A DNA stretch of 64,000 nt from contig URUF01000005.1 of assembly GCA_900550955.1 (NCBI GenBank), forward strand, positions 116 through 64,115, written 5' to 3'. Shown in pieces: positions 45,862-54,566 of the stretch (position 1 is its first letter; the number at the start of each line of letters is the position of its first letter). A model generated the notes under the pieces. It worked only from the letters and a program-made list of their open reading frames with translations. It ran no database searches and was not told where the DNA came from. The translations under genes were made by a program, and so were the position numbers. The stretch comes from an uncultured Eubacteriales bacterium (lineage in GTDB: Bacteria; Bacillota; Clostridia; Christensenellales; Aristaeellaceae).

Positions 45862-46302
45862 ATGCCGGGGCGAGTGATTGCGCTGGATGTGGGCGATGTG
45901 CGTATCGGCGTGGCGGTGAGCGATCCCACGGGCTGCATCGCGCAGCCGGTGGAGGTGTACCGGCGCGTTGGCTATGGCCCGGACAGCCGGTATGTGCTGT
46001 CGCTTTGCGAGCGCTACGGCACACGGAGTGTGCTGCTGGGGCTGCCGCTAAATATGGACGGCAGTGCGGGAGCGCAGGCGCAAAAGGCGATGGATTTTGG
46101 GACGGTTTTGGAAAAAGCCGGCCTGAAGGTTTTTTATCAGGATGAACGCATGACAACCCTAACCGCGGAAAGCGTGCTGATTGGCGGAAACGTGCGGCGC
46201 GAGGATCGCAAGCGCTATGTGGATAAATTGGCCGCTACGGTGATTTTGGAGCAATGGCTGGCCTCGGAGGGCCGGCGGAAAGAGGAAGGCAATGGAAGAT
46301 AA
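45862..46302 (+). CDS. ruvX: Holliday-junction resolvase-like nuclease RuvX (YqgF)
   Basis: RVIALDVGDVRIGVAVSD..GLPLNMDGS..DERMTT. Confidence 0.9.
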   Translation: MPGRVIALDVGDVRIGVAVSDPTGCIAQPVEVYRRVGYGPDSRYVLSLCERYGTRSVLLGLPLNMDGSAGAQAQKAMDFGTVLEKAGLKVFYQDERMTTLTAESVLIGGNVRREDRKRYVDKLAATVILEQWLASEGRRKEEGNGR

Positions 46303-46618
46303 CAGCAATCTGGTACAGCTTCAGGATGAGAACGGGAACGATGTGAATTTTGAGCATCTGATGACTGTGGAGCATGAGGGCAGCTACTATGTAGTGCTTG
46401 AGGCTACCGAGGATATGGACGACTGCAAGGAAGGCGAGGCCATTATCCTCAAGATCATCCAGGATGAGGACAGCGGCGAGGACGTGTACGCCACCATCGA
46501 GGACGAGGCGGAGTTCAACGCCGTGTTTGACAAGTGCATGGCGGCCATGGAGGAAGAGGACGAGGCCGCGGCGCTGGAGCTGGAAGCCGTGGACCTTGGC
46601 CCGGACGGCGAGGCGTAA
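46292..46618 (+). CDS. DUF1292 (YrzB-like) protein
   Basis: LQDENGNDVNFEHLMTVEHEGSYYVVL with an acidic tail. Conserved position after ruvX. Confidence 0.8.
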   Translation: MEDNSNLVQLQDENGNDVNFEHLMTVEHEGSYYVVLEATEDMDDCKEGEAIILKIIQDEDSGEDVYATIEDEAEFNAVFDKCMAAMEEEDEAAALELEAVDLGPDGEA

Positions 46619-46621
46619 GCG

Positions 46622-47167
46622 GTGCCAAGATTGCTTGGGCAGCGCGTGATGCTGCGTGAATACAAGGCCGAGGACATTCACGAAATACGCAAGTGGGTAA
46701 ACGATGGGGAAGCGACCCGGTATTTGTCCACCCGCTTTTGGCCCCCGCAAACCATGGTAGACAGCGAGGAATTTTTGGGGCGCATGCTGCAAAGCGGCCA
46801 CAATGCCTACAACTTTGTAATTGCCAGCCTTCAGGACGAAGCCTATTTGGGTCAGATGGACATGTTCCGCGTGGACTGGCGGCTTCGTTGCGGGGAGCTG
46901 GGCATGGTGATTGCCAGCCGGGAAAACCGCGGCAAGGGGTTGGGGCAGGAGGCGCTTGCGCTGATGAAGCGCTTTGCCTTTCTTACGCTGGGGCTGGAGC
47001 GGCTGGAGCTTGAGGTACATATGGATAACGCCGCCGCAAGGCGCTGCTACGAAAAGGCGGGTTTCCTTCTGGAAGGCGTTAAGCGCCATGCGTACTTTAA
47101 CGATGGGCGCTTCAGCGATGTGGGCGTGATGAGCGTGCTGCGGGAGGAATACGACGGGCGCGGTTGA
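46622..47167 (+). CDS. GNAT N-acetyltransferase (RimJ/RimL-like)
   Basis: LREYKAEDIHEIRKW..GKGLGQEAL..LEVHMDNAAARRCYEKAGF. Confidence 0.7.
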   Translation: MPRLLGQRVMLREYKAEDIHEIRKWVNDGEATRYLSTRFWPPQTMVDSEEFLGRMLQSGHNAYNFVIASLQDEAYLGQMDMFRVDWRLRCGELGMVIASRENRGKGLGQEALALMKRFAFLTLGLERLELEVHMDNAAARRCYEKAGFLLEGVKRHAYFNDGRFSDVGVMSVLREEYDGRG

Positions 47168-47195
47168 CACCATCGCAGTTTGCACAGCATATCGT

Positions 47196-47239
47196 GAACC
47201 ATCCCGGACCAAGCGGCTCCTGGGATGGTTTTGTTATTT
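47196..47239 (+). terminator. Rho-independent terminator
   Basis: gaaccatccc / gggatggtt stem followed by ttgttattt. Confidence 0.65.
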
Positions 47240-47261
47240 CCTGTGCGCCGCGAGGCAGGGA

Positions 47262-47291
47262 TTGACTTTGTTGCCTGCTTTCGGATAGAAT
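47262..47291 (+). promoter_or_regulatory. Candidate promoter of the aspartate kinase transcription unit
   Basis: TTGACT, 18-nt spacer, TAGAAT. Confidence 0.45.
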
Positions 47292-47342
47292 ATAATTTTG
47301 TGAGGACTTTGAGCCTCCGTATGGCCGGGAGGGAAAACAACC

Positions 47343-48662
47343 ATGGGCAAGATCGTGGCCAAATTTGGTGGAAGCTCGCTTTCGGATGCGGGCCAGTTCC
47401 GCAAGGTGAAAAAAATCCTGGAGATGGATGAGCGCCGCTGCTATGTGGTGCCCAGCGCTCCCGGAAGGCGCTTCCCCGAGGATGAAAAGGTGACCGATCT
47501 TTTGTACCGTACCTACCGCCTGCAAAGCCAGGGGGAGGATTTTCACCCCGCGTTTTCGCTGATACGGGAACGCTTTGAGGGGATTAAGCAGGAATTGGGG
47601 CTGAAAATTGATATTGCGGCGTATCTGGACGAGATAGAGCGGGAGATTGCCGCCGGTGCGAGCGAGGACTTTTGCGCCAGCCGCGGCGAGTACCTTAATG
47701 GCCTGCTGCTGGCGGACTTTTTGGGGTATACATTCCTGGATCCTAAGGACTTGATCTTTTTTGCCGCGGACGGCACGTTTGACAGCGAGCGCACCAACGA
47801 GGCGCTCTCCCAAGCGCTCAAGCATACGCGGCGGGCCGTGATTCCCGGCTTTTACGGCCGGGGAGCGGACGGCGGCATCCGCACCTTCTCCCGCGGCGGC
47901 AGCGACGTGAGCGGCGCGATCGTCGCGCGGGCGGCCTATGCCGATATGTACGAAAACTGGACGGACGTAAGCGGCTTTTTGATGGCGGACCCGCATGTGG
48001 TAAAGAACGCCAAAACCATCCGCAACATTACCTACCGCGAGCTGCGCGAGCTGTCCTACATGGGCGCGACCGTTTTGCATGAGGACAGCGTATTCCCCGT
48101 GCACCGCGCGGGCATTCCCACCAATATCCGCAATACCAACGATCCCTCCGAGCGCGGCACGCTGATTGCCCACGGCGCGGTGGAGGAAAAAAATCCCTAT
48201 GTGATCACGGGCATCGCTGGCAAGCTGGGCTTCAGCGTTATTTCCGTGGAAAAGGCGATGATGAACAGCGAGCACGGCTTTGGCCGCCGCGTGCTGCAGG
48301 CTGTGGAGGAGTGCGGGCTATCCTTTGAGCACTTGCCCACGGGCATTGATACCATGTGCGTGGTGCTGGCCACAAAGGATTTGGCGCCGGTGCGCGAGCA
48401 GCTGGTGAACCGCATCGTTGAACTGACCGAGCCGGACACGCTTACTATTCATGATGATATGGGCATTATCGCAACCGTGGGCCGCGGCATGGTTCACAAC
48501 CCCGGCACGGCGGCCAGGCTGTTCATGGCGCTGAGCCGCGAGCATGTGAACGTTCGCATGATCGATCAGGGCTCCAGCGAGCTGAGCATTCTTGTGGGCG
48601 TGGATAACGCGGATTTCCAGGCCGCCATCCGGGCCATCTATCATGAGTTTGTGAGGGAATAA
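47343..48662 (+). CDS. Aspartate kinase
   Basis: MGKIVAKFGGSSL..FSRGGSD..TDV.G....DP, with C-terminal ACT-type repeats. Confidence 0.9.
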   Translation: MGKIVAKFGGSSLSDAGQFRKVKKILEMDERRCYVVPSAPGRRFPEDEKVTDLLYRTYRLQSQGEDFHPAFSLIRERFEGIKQELGLKIDIAAYLDEIEREIAAGASEDFCASRGEYLNGLLLADFLGYTFLDPKDLIFFAADGTFDSERTNEALSQALKHTRRAVIPGFYGRGADGGIRTFSRGGSDVSGAIVARAAYADMYENWTDVSGFLMADPHVVKNAKTIRNITYRELRELSYMGATVLHEDSVFPVHRAGIPTNIRNTNDPSERGTLIAHGAVEEKNPYVITGIAGKLGFSVISVEKAMMNSEHGFGRRVLQAVEECGLSFEHLPTGIDTMCVVLATKDLAPVREQLVNRIVELTEPDTLTIHDDMGIIATVGRGMVHNPGTAARLFMALSREHVNVRMIDQGSSELSILVGVDNADFQAAIRAIYHEFVRE

Positions 48663-48679
48663 GGGAAAGAGGCATACGA

Positions 48680-50284
48680 ATGAGCTTGAAACGTCCTTCC
48701 CCAAGGCAGACCGCATGGCATAGCCGCGCGCACCGCGCGTGGTACCGCCTTTGCGCGGTCTGCCTTTCTTTGTACATCGGGTACGCGACCTATCTTTCGC
48801 AAAGCGCCTTTTTGCAGGGACGGGTAGAAACGGCCGCCTGCGGCCTGGGGTTCCTGCTTGTAAGCGGAGGCGTATGGCTTGCGCTCACCCAAGGCTGTGA
48901 AAGATGGTTTGCAAACGCCGCTCCAAGGCCCTGTGCGCAGCGCGCCAGGCTGGATGCGCGCGTGTACCTGATTGCGTTGGGCATTTGCCTGGCGGTTTTT
49001 GGATGCGCCTTCGCCGCGTGCTGGCCGGGCGGCGTTAGCTATGACGCGTCCAACCAATGGCGGCAGGCGCACTCCGGCGAGTTCAATAACTGGCATCCGC
49101 TGTTCCATACGCTGCTGATTTGGCTTGTGACACGGGTATGCGACAGCTACCCCTTCGCCGTGTTTGTACAGATCGCTGCCTTTTCGGCAGCCATGGCCTA
49201 CCTTACGGCCACGCTTAACAAGCGCGGCGTGCCCGCCTGGCTTGCGCTGGGCGCGCACGCGCTGGTTGCCGCCTCGCTGCCGGTGCGCAACACGCTGATG
49301 TATTTGGGCAAGGACAGCGCTATGACCATTGGCGTTATGGCGCTTACGGCGCAGGCGGTCAATATCCTTTATACGCGCGGCGAATGGCTGCGCAAGCCGC
49401 TGAACGCCATGGCTTTCGGAGCGGCGCTGGCGTTTGCCTCGCTGGTAAGGCACAATGCGTTTTTTTGGACGGTTCCGCTATTGTTGAGCGTGCTATTCGC
49501 CTTTGGAGGCGCAAGGCGCTTTGCCGCGTTGGCCGCGGGCGTGATGGCGGGGATCCTTGCGCTGGTGCAGGGGCCGCTGTACGGCGCGCTTGACGTGGTA
49601 TATCCTTCCAACCTGGTGGAGGAGAGCGTTGGCGTGCCCATGACGGTTTTGGCGGATGTGAAGCAGCAAGCGCCTGAACTGCTGGATGAGGAAACAAACG
49701 CCTTTTTGGAATCTCTGGCTTCGGACGGGGCCTGGCGGGATACCTATGCGCCGCATAATTATAATTCCATCAAATTTACCTATGACCGTGAAAAAATTGC
49801 CTTCACGCCGCTTAGCAAGCTGCTGGGCATGACGGCGCGCACGGCCTTGCGCGCGCCGCGCATCGCATTTGAGGCTGTGAACGGGCTGACCGGCCTTGTA
49901 TGGGATGTTACCGGCGAGAACCGCGGTTGGGAAAGCGTGCGCAATTCCGGCGACCTGGAGGAGGCCCGCTATGGCCGCGCCACCCTCAACAAAATAGGCG
50001 GGAAGCTTTGCGCCGCAATTGACGCGGTAATGTGCTGGCTGCCCATACGCTGGATTACGCAGAATATAGGCGTGCAGCAACTGCTGCTGCTTATGGTGGC
50101 GCTGTGGGCGTTGTACCGCCACGGCGTGCCCGCGCTGGCGCTGGCGCTGCCCGTGCTTGTGTATAACCTGGGAACGATGGCGTTGCTGTGCGGGAACGAC
50201 GCGCGTTTCTTCCAATGCGCAATGACGGTGAGCGTTCCCTGCGCGCTGGCGCTGCTCTATCTGCCCCCATCCAAGGAGGCGTAG
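48680..50284 (+). CDS. Large polytopic membrane protein, possible GT-C-fold glycosyltransferase (function unknown)
   Basis: 534 aa, at least 10 hydrophobic segments, with a soluble loop of about 150 aa between TM blocks. An early extracytoplasmic motif (WPGGVSYDASNQW..NNWHPLFHT) is reminiscent of GT-C enzymes. Confidence 0.45.
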   Translation: MSLKRPSPRQTAWHSRAHRAWYRLCAVCLSLYIGYATYLSQSAFLQGRVETAACGLGFLLVSGGVWLALTQGCERWFANAAPRPCAQRARLDARVYLIALGICLAVFGCAFAACWPGGVSYDASNQWRQAHSGEFNNWHPLFHTLLIWLVTRVCDSYPFAVFVQIAAFSAAMAYLTATLNKRGVPAWLALGAHALVAASLPVRNTLMYLGKDSAMTIGVMALTAQAVNILYTRGEWLRKPLNAMAFGAALAFASLVRHNAFFWTVPLLLSVLFAFGGARRFAALAAGVMAGILALVQGPLYGALDVVYPSNLVEESVGVPMTVLADVKQQAPELLDEETNAFLESLASDGAWRDTYAPHNYNSIKFTYDREKIAFTPLSKLLGMTARTALRAPRIAFEAVNGLTGLVWDVTGENRGWESVRNSGDLEEARYGRATLNKIGGKLCAAIDAVMCWLPIRWITQNIGVQQLLLLMVALWALYRHGVPALALALPVLVYNLGTMALLCGNDARFFQCAMTVSVPCALALLYLPPSKEA

Positions 50285-50290
50285 GCTGCC

Positions 50291-51052
50291 ATGCGGGGAA
50301 CGGCACAAATGCTTTGGACGGTTTGCCCGCTGGCGCTGCTGGCGGGCTTTATCGACGCCGTTGCGGGCGGCGGCGGGTTGATTTCGCTGCCCGCGTACTA
50401 CCTTGCGGGGCTGCCGGCCAGCACGGCGGCAGGCACAAACAAGCTATCCGCCACGATGGGTACGGCGCTGGCCGTGTACAATTATGGCTGCTCGGGTAAA
50501 ATAAACAGACGGATTGGCCTGCTTTCCGGCATGGCGGCGGTGCTGTGCAGCACGATGGGCGTGCTTTTGATGAAGCAGCTTCCCGACCGCACGGTGCGCG
50601 TGCTGGTAATGTGCTGCATCCCCGTGGCTGCGGCGGCGACCCTGCGCGGGCGCAAGGGCGCGCGGGCGGCCGTAGAGCGCACGCCGGGGCAGACGGCCGC
50701 TTACGCCCTGCTGATTGGCAGCGCGATTGGCTTTTATGACGGGCTTGTGGGCCCGGGAACAGGCACGTTTTTGATTTTGTTATTCATTCAGGCCTTCGCG
50801 TTGGAGGATGTAACGGCCAGCGGCACCGCCAAGGCGACCAACCTGTGCAGCAACCTGGCGGCGCTTACCAGCCTGCTGCTTACAGGCGACGTGCTATGGC
50901 TTTTGGGCCTGCCTGCCGGGCTGTGCGCCATGGCGGGCGCCGCCGTGGGCAGCCGCCTGACGATACGCAGGGGCGCAAAATTTGTACGCGGAATGATGCT
51001 GTGTGTGTTAGCGCTACTTCTTGCCAAAATGATTACGGATATGTTACAATAA
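50291..51052 (+). CDS. TSUP (TauE/SafE) family anion exporter
   Basis: AGGGGLISLPAYYLAGLPASTAAGTNKLSATMGT plus an internal repeat (GPGTGTFLILLF). Confidence 0.8.
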   Translation: MRGTAQMLWTVCPLALLAGFIDAVAGGGGLISLPAYYLAGLPASTAAGTNKLSATMGTALAVYNYGCSGKINRRIGLLSGMAAVLCSTMGVLLMKQLPDRTVRVLVMCCIPVAAAATLRGRKGARAAVERTPGQTAAYALLIGSAIGFYDGLVGPGTGTFLILLFIQAFALEDVTASGTAKATNLCSNLAALTSLLLTGDVLWLLGLPAGLCAMAGAAVGSRLTIRRGAKFVRGMMLCVLALLLAKMITDMLQ

Positions 51053-51091
51053 AGAGTGCTCTTGTGAAGTTTTGCTGCGGAGGTGCCCCGG

Positions 51092-51481
51092 ATGAACCAA
51101 CCTGATCTTTCCGGCAAGGTACGCATCACCGTCCCGATTGGTTCGGAATACGCGCTTGTGGCCAGCATGGCCCTTTGCGGGCTTGGCATGCTGGCGGGAT
51201 TGGACGTGGACATGCTGGGCGATCTTAGAACCGTTGCGGCGGAATGCTTGGATTGCCTGGCCCATCAATCGGGAAGGCCCGAAAGCATCTCTATGGAGGC
51301 CTATGTGGCCGGGAACCGGCTGCTGATGCGCTTTCAGGCGCAGAACCGCATGCATGCCCAGGAGGGCGACGCGCTGGATTTGGACATTACGCGCGGCGTA
51401 TTGGAAACGCTGGTGCCGGATGTGCATTTGGACGTAGATGGCGGCGGCGTGCATAGCATTGAATGCTCCATGCCTGTATGA
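51092..51481 (+). CDS. SpoIIAB/RsbW-like anti-sigma factor fold with degenerate ATP-binding boxes
   Basis: By eye it aligns to SpoIIAB: an N-box-like RTVAAECLDCLAHQ and a strand pattern SISMEAYVAGNRLLMRFQ. I can see no DxGxG (G1) or GxGxG (G2) box. GGAGG lies 8 nt before the ATG at 51092. It is 16 nt upstream of a sigma gene. Confidence 0.5.
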   Translation: MNQPDLSGKVRITVPIGSEYALVASMALCGLGMLAGLDVDMLGDLRTVAAECLDCLAHQSGRPESISMEAYVAGNRLLMRFQAQNRMHAQEGDALDLDITRGVLETLVPDVHLDVDGGGVHSIECSMPV

Positions 51482-51496
51482 GGATGGAGGAAGGCC

Positions 51497-52231
51497 ATGA
51501 ACGACGAGCATTTGAACCCGCTATTGGAGCGGTATGCCGCCAACCGCGATCCCGCCCTGAGGGACGAGCTGTTTGAGGCCTATTTGCCGCTGGCGCATGC
51601 CGTGGCCCGCAAGTTCAGCGGGCGGGGCGTGGAGCTTGAGGATTTGCAGCAGGTGGCCGGCATGGCGCTGCTAAAGGCGCTGGAACGCTTTGAACCGGGC
51701 AGGGGCTTCCGCTTTGTGACGTATGCGGTGCCAACGATCACGGGGGACGTGCGCAACCACCTGCGCGACCACAGCGCCATGGTGCGCCTGCCGCGCGATA
51801 TGCGGCAGAGGCTGTACCAGATGACGCGCGAGCAGGAGCGTTTTGAAAGCGAGCATCTGCGCGCGCCCAGCGCGCAGGAGCTTGCCCAGCGCTTGGGCAT
51901 AACGGCGGTGGAACTGCTGGCGCTACTGGCGCTGCGCGCGCAGGGCGAGGTGGTGTCCCTGGATGCGCCGGTGGGCGAGGAGGAAGGCGCGAACCTTGCC
52001 GAGCTGCTGGGCGAAACGGACGCCTCCTTTGAGCGTATGGAACGCCGGGATTGGATGGAATGGGTTTTATCGAAGGTTGGCGATATGGAACGCGAGCTGT
52101 TGCTTATGCGTTACCGCGACGGCTTGGGGCAGCGGGAAACCGCGAAGCGCCTGGGAATTTCGCAGATGCAGGTATCGCGCGTGGAAAGGCGCGTATTAAG
52201 CCGCCTGCGCGCTATGGAGGCGCGGGCGTAG
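51497..52231 (+). CDS. Group-3 sigma-70 family factor of the SigB/SigF type
   Basis: Region 2 (DLQQVAGMALLKALERFEPGRGFRFVTYAVPTITGDVRNHLRD), region 3, and region 4 HTH (QRETAKRLGISQMQVSRVERRVLSRLR). Confidence 0.85.
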   Translation: MNDEHLNPLLERYAANRDPALRDELFEAYLPLAHAVARKFSGRGVELEDLQQVAGMALLKALERFEPGRGFRFVTYAVPTITGDVRNHLRDHSAMVRLPRDMRQRLYQMTREQERFESEHLRAPSAQELAQRLGITAVELLALLALRAQGEVVSLDAPVGEEEGANLAELLGETDASFERMERRDWMEWVLSKVGDMERELLLMRYRDGLGQRETAKRLGISQMQVSRVERRVLSRLRAMEARA

Positions 52232-52291
52232 CCGCCTGGAAGCAGCCCCTTAAAAACGAGCTGAGAGCGTTTGGAAAGGAAGTGAACGCGC

Positions 52292-53773
52292 GTGCAGCCG
52301 GATCAGAATCAGCCGCGGGGCCCCTATGCGCCCGATGCGGGCGCGCAGGCAAATTGGCCGCCGAACAGCGTGCCAGGCCAGGGCTTTGGCACGGTGCCGC
52401 CGCAGGGATGGCCGCAGGAACAGCAAGCCTGGCCGCAGGGGCAGCCCTACCCGCCGTATACGCCGGAGCAGCTTCAGCAAATGCAATATGAGGCCTATAT
52501 GCAGCAAATGCCGGAGATGCCCACCGCGCAGCAGCCCCAGCAGGAGCCGCCCCGTAAAAAGCGCAAAAAGAAAAAGCAGGGCGGAGGAAGCGGCGGGGCC
52601 GTTTGGAAAACGCTGATTGCCTTGGTGCTGATTGGCGGCGCGGCATGGTATTTTTTAAAGGATATGCTGGTTGACACGCGACAGAGCACCGCCGTTATCG
52701 AAATGGGAACGCTGGGCACCTCCTATACGGGCGACGCGCTGATTGTGCGCAACGAAACCGCGTACGACGAGGAAGGCGTGCAGTATATCGATTATGTGGC
52801 GCAGGAGGGCAGCGTGGTGTACCGCGGCGACGTGGTGTGCTATGTGTACTCCACGGGATACAGCAGCAAGGAAATGACAGCCTTGCAGGACTGCCGCGAT
52901 CAAATCAAGGATTATCAGCAAACCCTTCTGAAAAGCGAAACCAACTTTGACCAGAAGATGATCCGCCTGGAGAGCGATGTTGTGGAGCGCGGGCTGGAGG
53001 TGCGCAGCCTTGTGCAGGGCGCCCGCGGCAACCTGATCAACCAGGAGCGCATATTGAAAACGGCCATTACCCAGCGGCAGAGCTATTTCCGCAGCAAATA
53101 TTCCAGCGATATGCGCCTTAACCGCCTCTATGACGACGAGAGCAACCAGCAGCGCCGCATTGACAGCTGGATTAACCAAACCGTGGCTACGCAGGAGAGC
53201 ATTGTAAGCTTTTATACCGACGGCTTTGAATACGCGCTCACGCCCACGGAGTATGAAAAGTACACCCCCTCGCAGGTGCGCTCCATGATTAACGGCGAGA
53301 AGCCCCAGACCTCCACCGCGGCGCGCGGGCGCACCAACCTGTACCGCCTGGTTAAGCAAAACAACTACGCGGTGCTTATGCTGGTGCGCAACACCAACTG
53401 GAACCCCGTGGAAGGAACCACCTATAAGCTGGTGCTGGAGCAGTTTTCCAACACCGTGGTGGATGCGCAGGTGCTTTCCTTCACGCGCTCAGGCGGCGAG
53501 CTATTGCTGCGCCTGGCCGTGATTGGCGATGTGCGGGACGTGCTGTATATGCGCACCTGCCAGGCGCAGCTTGGCGAGTACGTGGACTGCCTGCAGGTGC
53601 CCCAGGGAGCTCTGTATACCCAGAACAACGCTACCGGCGTAGTGGTGACGACGGAGGACAACCAGGTGTTTATTCCGGTAACGGTGCTGCGCCAGGAGGG
53701 CGGAAAGGCGTATATTTCCCCCATTCAAACGGGTGTGCTCACGGCCGGGCAGACCGTGCGGCTTTTCAAATAG
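52292..53773 (+). CDS. Membrane-anchored HlyD-like (barrel-sandwich plus coiled-coil) protein with Pro/Gln-rich cytoplasmic N-terminus
   Basis: About 95-aa P/Q/W-rich tail, a KKRKKKK stretch, one TM (VWKTLIALVLIGGAAWYFL), a lipoyl-like hairpin (VAQEGSVVYRGDVVCYVYS), a coiled-coil region and a beta-barrel tail. GTG start after GAAAGGAAG. Confidence 0.45.
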   Translation: MQPDQNQPRGPYAPDAGAQANWPPNSVPGQGFGTVPPQGWPQEQQAWPQGQPYPPYTPEQLQQMQYEAYMQQMPEMPTAQQPQQEPPRKKRKKKKQGGGSGGAVWKTLIALVLIGGAAWYFLKDMLVDTRQSTAVIEMGTLGTSYTGDALIVRNETAYDEEGVQYIDYVAQEGSVVYRGDVVCYVYSTGYSSKEMTALQDCRDQIKDYQQTLLKSETNFDQKMIRLESDVVERGLEVRSLVQGARGNLINQERILKTAITQRQSYFRSKYSSDMRLNRLYDDESNQQRRIDSWINQTVATQESIVSFYTDGFEYALTPTEYEKYTPSQVRSMINGEKPQTSTAARGRTNLYRLVKQNNYAVLMLVRNTNWNPVEGTTYKLVLEQFSNTVVDAQVLSFTRSGGELLLRLAVIGDVRDVLYMRTCQAQLGEYVDCLQVPQGALYTQNNATGVVVTTEDNQVFIPVTVLRQEGGKAYISPIQTGVLTAGQTVRLFK

Positions 53774-53795
53774 CGAAAGGCACGGGTGACGAAAT

Positions 53796-54539
53796 ATGGA
53801 TGAAGAATTGCGTGGGGCAGGCCAGAACCAAGTAAATTCAACGCTTTTAGACGATGTGGAGCCGGATGTGCTGGGCCGGAATGTGTCAAACGTTTTGGCG
53901 AATCTGTCTAAAAATACTTACAAAAATTCTCCGCCGGCAAGGCTGATCGCCGTTACCAAGACGGTTTCGCCGGGGGTGATTAACGCCCTAAAACCCTTGA
54001 AAATCCTGGATATTGGCGAGAATCGGGCGCAGGTAGCCCTGCCGAAACTGCCAAAAATTGCGCCGGAATTTCGGCTGCATTGGATTGGAAGGTTGCAAAC
54101 CAACAAAGTGAAAGGTATAATAGACCATGTATGTATGCTGCATACCCTTGACCGTATGGCGCTCGCACAGGAAGTGGAACGCCGCGCGGGGGAGCGCGGG
54201 CGGGTGCTGCCGGCGCTGGTGCAGGTAAACATCGCGCGCGAGCCGCAAAAGGGCGGCATGCCGGTGGAGGAAGTACCTGGATTTTTGCGGCAGATGCGGG
54301 ATTTTCCCAATATCCATGTGGAAGGGCTTATGAGCATTATGCCCCTGGGCGCGCCCGAGGACGTTCTGGAGGACTTATTTCGGGGCATGCGCGCGCTGTT
54401 TGAGCGGATGCGCGACGAGGCCTTCCCAAACGTGGAAATGCGGGAGCTATCCATGGGAATGTCCAATGATTATGTGATTGCTGCGCGCGAGGGCGCTACG
54501 ATGGTGCGAATCGGCACGGCGTTATACCGCCGGGATTGA
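53796..54539 (+). CDS. yggS: YggS/YlmE-family pyridoxal-phosphate homeostasis protein
   Basis: LIAVTKTVS (PLP lysine), WHWIGRLQTNKVK, ELSMGMSNDY. The start codon is uncertain and the true N-terminus may be shorter. Confidence 0.85.
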   Translation: MDEELRGAGQNQVNSTLLDDVEPDVLGRNVSNVLANLSKNTYKNSPPARLIAVTKTVSPGVINALKPLKILDIGENRAQVALPKLPKIAPEFRLHWIGRLQTNKVKGIIDHVCMLHTLDRMALAQEVERRAGERGRVLPALVQVNIAREPQKGGMPVEEVPGFLRQMRDFPNIHVEGLMSIMPLGAPEDVLEDLFRGMRALFERMRDEAFPNVEMRELSMGMSNDYVIAAREGATMVRIGTALYRRD

Positions 54540-54566
54540 CCGCTTCGCCATAGGGGGTTCATCAAT

